Assembly (NCBI GenBank): GCA_016874975.1
Contig: VGSQ01000003.1
Location: forward strand, 1-62,568
From: Deltaproteobacteria bacterium
GTDB lineage: Bacteria > Desulfobacterota > Desulfobaccia > Desulfobaccales > 0-14-0-80-60-11
DNA: 62,568 nt
Reading direction: 5' to 3'
Below the pieces are notes generated by a model. The model was not told the origin of the DNA. It made no database searches and worked only from the letters and a program-made list of their open reading frames with translations. Shown in pieces: positions 58,108-62,568 of this stretch (positions are counted from its first letter, which is position 1; each line of letters opens with the position of its first letter). The translations under genes and the position numbers were made by a program.

Positions 58108-58680
58108 ATGGTCACCTTCACCATCAACGGTAAGGAAGTGCAGGGCCAGAAGGACTGGACCATCCTGGACGTCGCCCGCTGGGAGGGCATCCCCATCCCC
58201 ACCCTGTGTCACCACCCGGCCGTAGAGCCCTACGGGGCCTGCCGCCTGTGCGTGGTGGAAGTGGACGAAGGGCGCCGCACCAGGATCGTGATTTCCTGCA
58301 TGTACCCCGTCAAAGAGGGCATCAAGGTGCGCACCGACACGCCCCGGGTGCAGAACGTGCGCCGCTGGATCATGCAACTGCTGCTGGATGAAAGCCCGGC
58401 CTCGTCCTACCTCAAGGAACTGGCCAAGTCTTTCGACGTCAAGCCCTCCCGCTTCCAGAAAGCGGGGGTGTCCTTCGCCTGCCATCTGTGCGGCCTGTGC
58501 GTGCGGGCCTGCCAGGAAGTGGTGGGCATCCAGGCCCTCACCTTCAGCAACCGGGGCCTGAAAAAGGAAATCGCCAGCCCCCTGCAGATGGGCTCCAAGG
58601 ATTGCATCAGTTGCGGCAACTGTCTCTATGTCTGCCCGTCCCTGGGGATGGAACAGCTTTACGCCCGGATGAGGGCTTGA
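58108..58680 (+). CDS. NuoG-N-terminus-like [2Fe-2S]/[4Fe-4S] ferredoxin subunit
   Basis: MVTFTINGKEV...PTLCHH...GACRLCVVEV, CHLCGLCVRAC, CISCGNCLYVCP. Confidence 0.85.
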   Translation: MVTFTINGKEVQGQKDWTILDVARWEGIPIPTLCHHPAVEPYGACRLCVVEVDEGRRTRIVISCMYPVKEGIKVRTDTPRVQNVRRWIMQLLLDESPASSYLKELAKSFDVKPSRFQKAGVSFACHLCGLCVRACQEVVGIQALTFSNRGLKKEIASPLQMGSKDCISCGNCLYVCPSLGMEQLYARMRA

Positions 58681-58722
58681 TACGCCCCGGTGGCAGCCTT
58701 GCCGGGGCGAAAGGAGAACCCC

Positions 58723-61146
58723 ATGAAAACCGAGGTCAGAACCGGCGTTTTCCTCTGTGAGTGCGGGGGGAAAATCAGCAGCCGCGTTGACCTGCCCCAG
58801 GTCTGCGAACTGCTGAGAGACGCCCCCCAGACTCACCTGGCCGTTTACCCGCACCCCTGCCTGACTCCCGGCCTGGAGGCCATGAAGCGGGATATTCAGG
58901 AGCAAGGGCTGGACCGCCTGCTCATCGGCGGCTGCTCTACCCGGGTCATGAAGAAGCGCTTCGCGCTCGGCCTGGCGCCGGCGGGGATGGAAAAATACCG
59001 CATCGAGATGGTCAATCTGAAGGACCACGTGGCCGCGGTGCACGACGACCCGCCCGCCGAATTGGCCCGCAAAGCCGCCGCCCTGATCGCCGGCGGCCTG
59101 GCCAGTCTGGCCCTGTTGGAGCCCTACGAGCCGACCTCGCTGCCCTTTGAGGGGCCGGCGCTCATCGTGGGAGGCGGCGTCTCCGGCTTCGTCTCCGCCC
59201 GGGAACTGGCCCGCCAGGGCATGGAAAGCATCATCCTGGCCAAGGCCTCCACCCCGGAACGGATTTTGGACAATCTCCACCGCACCTTCCCCGGCTGCCG
59301 CCTGTTCTGCGGAGATTTACGGGAGCTCCTGCGGGAGGTGTTCGCCAGCCCGCTGGTGACCGTGAAGTCCGAGGCTCCCGTGGAGTACCTGGTGGGAGGC
59401 GTGGGTGACTACCGCCTGGGGCTGCGTCAGCCCGACGGCAGTGTGGAGGAGCTGACCGGGGCGGCCATCATCGTGGCCCTGGACCAGGAATTCGCCCCGG
59501 CGGACGTGGCGCATATCGGCGGCGGCCGGCGGGTCTGCACCATGCAGGACCTGGAGGATTGCCTGGTGGAGGGCAATGTTCAACCCGGCCGGATGGTTTT
59601 CTATGTGAACAGCCCGCAGCATGGCCAGGAGGTTCAGGATTTTTCCGCCATGGCCGCCTGGCGGGACAGCCTCCTGTTGGCCCGGGAGACGCCCCAGGTG
59701 AAGCCCACGGTGGTCTATCCGGCCAACGTCAGGCTGCCCCTCTCCGGCGCCGACCTGATGGAGGCCCGGGCCCACGGCATCGGCCTCCAGGCTTACGCGC
59801 CGGAGGTGCACCCGGTAGTGCAGTCCGGCTACCTGAGCTTCGTGAGCCCCGGCGACAATCTGGAGCACGAAGTGGAGTGGGACACCCTGGTGATTCCGGG
59901 GCTGCCCACCGACCCCAGCTCCAGGTCTCAAGACCTGCTCCGGTGGCTTCCCATTTATCCTGAGAACGGCGGCCGGCTGGCCAAGAGCCATATCAAATTC
60001 TGGCCGGAGCAGATACCCGACGAGTCGCTCTTCTTCACCGGCTCCGCGGGGGGCATCTGCGACCTGAACGAGGTCCTGCAGCAGGGGAAAAAGGCGGCCC
60101 GGGGTCTCCTGAACCTCCGGGAAAAAGCCAAACAGGGCAGGCTGGTCAGTCCCGTGGTGGTGCACGTGGACCAGGATCTGTGCGAAGGCTGCGGCCTGTG
60201 CACCGAGATCTGCCCCTGCGGCGGCATCGAACACGTCAAGCCGGGGAGCGGCCCCGTCGCCCGGGAGACCGACAACCACCTGTGCAGCGGCGGCGGCACC
60301 TGCGCCGCCACCTGTCCCTACGAAGCCATCAAGGTCCTCAACAACAGCGCGCAGCAACTGGAGGCCCGGGTTAAGGCCATGATCTCCCGGATGACGGAAC
60401 ATGACGTCCTGGGCTTTGTCTGCGGCTGGGGGGGGCTGGCTTCCTCGGAACAGGCCGCGGTCAAGGGGCTGACTTACCCCCGGGGCATCCACCTCATCGC
60501 CGTCAACTGCCTGGGTTCTATCGACCCCAGCATCCTCTCCCTGGCCTTCTTAAACGGCGTCAAGGGCATCATGCTGGCCGGCTGCACGCCCACCCACTCC
60601 TGCCATTACCACTACGGCGTGGACCACTGCTGGTACCGGGTCAACGCCATGAAAAAGCTGCTCTCCCTGGCCGGGCTGGAACGGCGGCGCATCGGCATCG
60701 GCTACGTGGAAGTCAACGAGCCCGAATCCTTCGCGCGCATGGTGGAATCGCACCTGGAAGCCCTGGAGCAACTGCCTCCTCTGCCCCAGGACGACCTCAC
60801 CACGACGAAGTTGTGGGCCATCCACGCCACCATGCACCGACCCCGGGTGCGGTGGGTGTTGGGGACGAGCCTGCGGCGGCCCACGGAGAAGGAGTTCCCC
60901 GGCTCGCAGTTCAACGCGGTGGATGCAGACGAGACCATGTTGGAAGTGCTCAAGGAGGAGTACACCGTGTCTCGGATTTTCAAGGCCCTGACCGACCAGC
61001 CGCTGAATCCGCCCGACCTGGGCCGGATGCTGGCCGAGCCGGTGAAACATCTCACCCCCATCCTGATGGATCTGGCCAAAGAGGGCCGCATCGCCATCAG
61101 GGGTTGGGAAAAGGGTTATCCCCTGTACGCCATGGGCAAGGCCTGA
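58723..61146 (+). CDS. HdrA-like flavoprotein fused to an MvhD/FlpD domain plus a ~150-aa C-terminal extension
   Basis: ATG 58723 (RBS AAAGGAGAA). HdrA N-domain VFLCECGGKI...IGGCSTR, FAD fold IVGGGVSGF, CEGCGLCTEICP ferredoxin, MvhD VNCLGSIDPSILSLAFLNGVKGIMLAGC...CHYHYG. Confidence 0.88.
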   Translation: MKTEVRTGVFLCECGGKISSRVDLPQVCELLRDAPQTHLAVYPHPCLTPGLEAMKRDIQEQGLDRLLIGGCSTRVMKKRFALGLAPAGMEKYRIEMVNLKDHVAAVHDDPPAELARKAAALIAGGLASLALLEPYEPTSLPFEGPALIVGGGVSGFVSARELARQGMESIILAKASTPERILDNLHRTFPGCRLFCGDLRELLREVFASPLVTVKSEAPVEYLVGGVGDYRLGLRQPDGSVEELTGAAIIVALDQEFAPADVAHIGGGRRVCTMQDLEDCLVEGNVQPGRMVFYVNSPQHGQEVQDFSAMAAWRDSLLLARETPQVKPTVVYPANVRLPLSGADLMEARAHGIGLQAYAPEVHPVVQSGYLSFVSPGDNLEHEVEWDTLVIPGLPTDPSSRSQDLLRWLPIYPENGGRLAKSHIKFWPEQIPDESLFFTGSAGGICDLNEVLQQGKKAARGLLNLREKAKQGRLVSPVVVHVDQDLCEGCGLCTEICPCGGIEHVKPGSGPVARETDNHLCSGGGTCAATCPYEAIKVLNNSAQQLEARVKAMISRMTEHDVLGFVCGWGGLASSEQAAVKGLTYPRGIHLIAVNCLGSIDPSILSLAFLNGVKGIMLAGCTPTHSCHYHYGVDHCWYRVNAMKKLLSLAGLERRRIGIGYVEVNEPESFARMVESHLEALEQLPPLPQDDLTTTKLWAIHATMHRPRVRWVLGTSLRRPTEKEFPGSQFNAVDADETMLEVLKEEYTVSRIFKALTDQPLNPPDLGRMLAEPVKHLTPILMDLAKEGRIAIRGWEKGYPLYAMGKA

Positions 61147-61249
61147 GCTGTGGGCCTCCCCTGGCAGCAAACAACCCGGATCCGGGTTCCGGCCGAGAGG
61201 GGCTCAGCCCCAACCGGCGGGAACCCCGTCCGGGAAGCGGGAGGACGCC

Positions 61250-62356
61250 ATGAAATCGTTCACCCACCTCATTGAGGAAGTCCAGGAGCGGGGCCTCTGC
61301 CATCACTGCGGCGGCTGCGTGGCCTTCTGCACCGCCATCAACTACGGGGCCCTGGAGCTGGGGGAGGACGGCAAACCGCGGTATCGCGACCGGGACCGCT
61401 GCATCGACTGCGGCATCTGTTACGCCATCTGTCCTGAGATCGAAGAACTGGACAGAGAGACCAAACACCTGGTGAACTGGACTCCCCCCATGGGCCCCGT
61501 CCTGGGCACCGCCATGGCCCGGGCCTCTAACCCGGAGGTGTGGACCCGTGGCACCGATGGCGGCGTGGTGACTGCTCTCCTCCTGTATCTGCTGGAGCGC
61601 GGGCGCATTGACGCGGCCATCGTCAGCCGGAGAGCCGGGCCCTTTCAGCGGCAGCCCTGGCTGGCCATCTCCCGAAAGGACCTGCTGGATGCCGCGGGCT
61701 TCCACTTCGACACGGTGCCCAGCATCGCCCATTTCTCCGAAACCTACTCCACCTTTTCCCCCTCCATCATGGAATTGCAGGGGGTGGCCAAAAAGACCTA
61801 CAAACGGGTGGCCTTTGTGGGAACGCCCTGCCAGATCAAAGCCCTGCGCCGCATGGAAGTGCTGGGTGTGGTGCCTTCCGACGCCATCAAGGTGCATCTC
61901 GGTCTGTTTTGCGCCGGCAACTTCCAGTTCGGCCCGGAGGAGCGGCGGCGTCTGGAGACCATCGGCAACTTCGAGTGGGCCGACGTCCTGAAGGTGAACG
62001 TCAAGGAAGACCTGATGATCCACCTGCGTCAGGGAGGGGTCCGGCACATCCTGCTGGAACACCTGGACTTCATGAAGCGGTATGCCTGCCGGTTCTGTGA
62101 GGACTATACCGCGGAATACGCCGACCTCTCCTTCGGCGGCCTCGGCGCCCTGGAGGGCTGGACCACGGTCATCATCCGCACCCCCCTGGGGAGGGAACTG
62201 TTCAACCGGGCCCGGGGTCTGGCGCTGGAGGTGTCGTTGCACCAGGAACACTCCCTCCTGTACCAGGCCTCCATCGCCAAAGTGGCGGAGTGGTCTGAGC
62301 GCAAAAAGCGCACGGCGGCGGAGAACTGTCTGGAGCTGGGCCAGGTGGCGGTCTGA
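61250..62356 (+). CDS. FrhB/FdhB-family (F420 hydrogenase/dehydrogenase beta-type) iron-sulfur flavoprotein
   Basis: CHHCGGCVAFC and CIDCGICYAICP, then GTDGGVVTALL and FVGTPCQIKALR, characteristic of the FrhB family. Confidence 0.85.
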   Translation: MKSFTHLIEEVQERGLCHHCGGCVAFCTAINYGALELGEDGKPRYRDRDRCIDCGICYAICPEIEELDRETKHLVNWTPPMGPVLGTAMARASNPEVWTRGTDGGVVTALLLYLLERGRIDAAIVSRRAGPFQRQPWLAISRKDLLDAAGFHFDTVPSIAHFSETYSTFSPSIMELQGVAKKTYKRVAFVGTPCQIKALRRMEVLGVVPSDAIKVHLGLFCAGNFQFGPEERRRLETIGNFEWADVLKVNVKEDLMIHLRQGGVRHILLEHLDFMKRYACRFCEDYTAEYADLSFGGLGALEGWTTVIIRTPLGRELFNRARGLALEVSLHQEHSLLYQASIAKVAEWSERKKRTAAENCLELGQVAV

Positions 62357-62421
62357 CAGTCTGGAGAGGCGGAATCGTAAGAGGAGGGGCCGGCAACGGC
62401 CCACCCGTAAAGCATGAAAAG

Positions 62422-62462
62422 GGCGGTGGGGCGGGGCATCTCTGCCCGCCGCCTTTGTCTTT
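62422..62462 (+). terminator. Possible terminator after the redox operon
   Basis: GGCGGG-(9 nt)-CCCGCC followed by a T-rich stretch CTTTGTCTTT. The stem is short. Confidence 0.35.
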
Positions 62463-62568
62463 GGTGGCACATCCCGGCCTGGAGGCCGGAACCAAACCGA
62501 AAAATGATACAATTACTTTGCCAAATCAATAAGATACAGATAAATTCTTGTTGAAAAAACCAGAAACT

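Noticed and set aside
56146-59280. 1044-aa minus-strand ORF opposite the NuoF-like, ferredoxin and HdrA-like genes. Similar long antisense ORFs occur at 38082..39902, 45080..47212, 50341..52260, 53680..55611 and 39986..41698.
   Set aside because: Each lies opposite a gene with clear family motifs. The composition is typical of stop-codon-poor antisense frames in high-GC genomes.

Overview
GC-rich bacterial chromosomal segment of 62.6 kb carrying about 55 credible protein genes, one tRNA and many short intergenic repeats. Most of it is housekeeping. Left to right: a GH8 lipoprotein, enolase, a secreted poly-glutamine repeat protein, a Clp1-type polynucleotide kinase, an MBL hydrolase, rho and coaE. 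Then comes a complete minus-strand flagellar rod/ring/hook-junction operon (flgF-flgG-flgA-flgH-flgI-flgJ(rod-binding)-flgN-flgK-flgL-csrA-fliW) behind a consensus sigma-54 promoter. After that: mfd, a SurA-like PPIase, asnS, an MFS transporter, an ECF sigma/anti-sigma/Spy-like triad, NUDIX, queH, sucC and sucD, a sulfatase-family enzyme, ymdB-rny, zapB-zapA, recD2, fur-feoA, rnc, type-B frdCAB and tRNA-Val(GAC). The window ends with a sigma-54 activator followed by a five-gene NuoE/NuoF/ferredoxin/HdrA-MvhD/FrhB-like redox cluster. The gene content (RNase Y+YmdB, FliW/CsrA, dihaem FrdC, HdrA/MvhD) suggests an anaerobic, flagellated Desulfobacterota-like organism. That is inference only, because there is no rRNA in the window. 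Observations worth a second look: (1) the sigma-54/PAS-controlled HdrA-type cluster, which has no HdrBC or other catalytic partner; (2) sucC and sucD are separated by 3.9 kb holding three small envelope genes, repeat arrays and an AT-rich, decaying restriction-modification cassette, in which the R gene is broken by one in-frame TAG and the M gene changes base composition mid-gene and overlaps the sucD start; (3) a 209-residue glutamine-dominated C-terminal tract built from 111-114-bp repeats; (4) an archaeal/eukaryotic-type Clp1 kinase; (5) several families of REP/MITE-like hairpins and heptanucleotide tandem arrays. No CRISPR array, transposase, integrase or prophage gene is visible.
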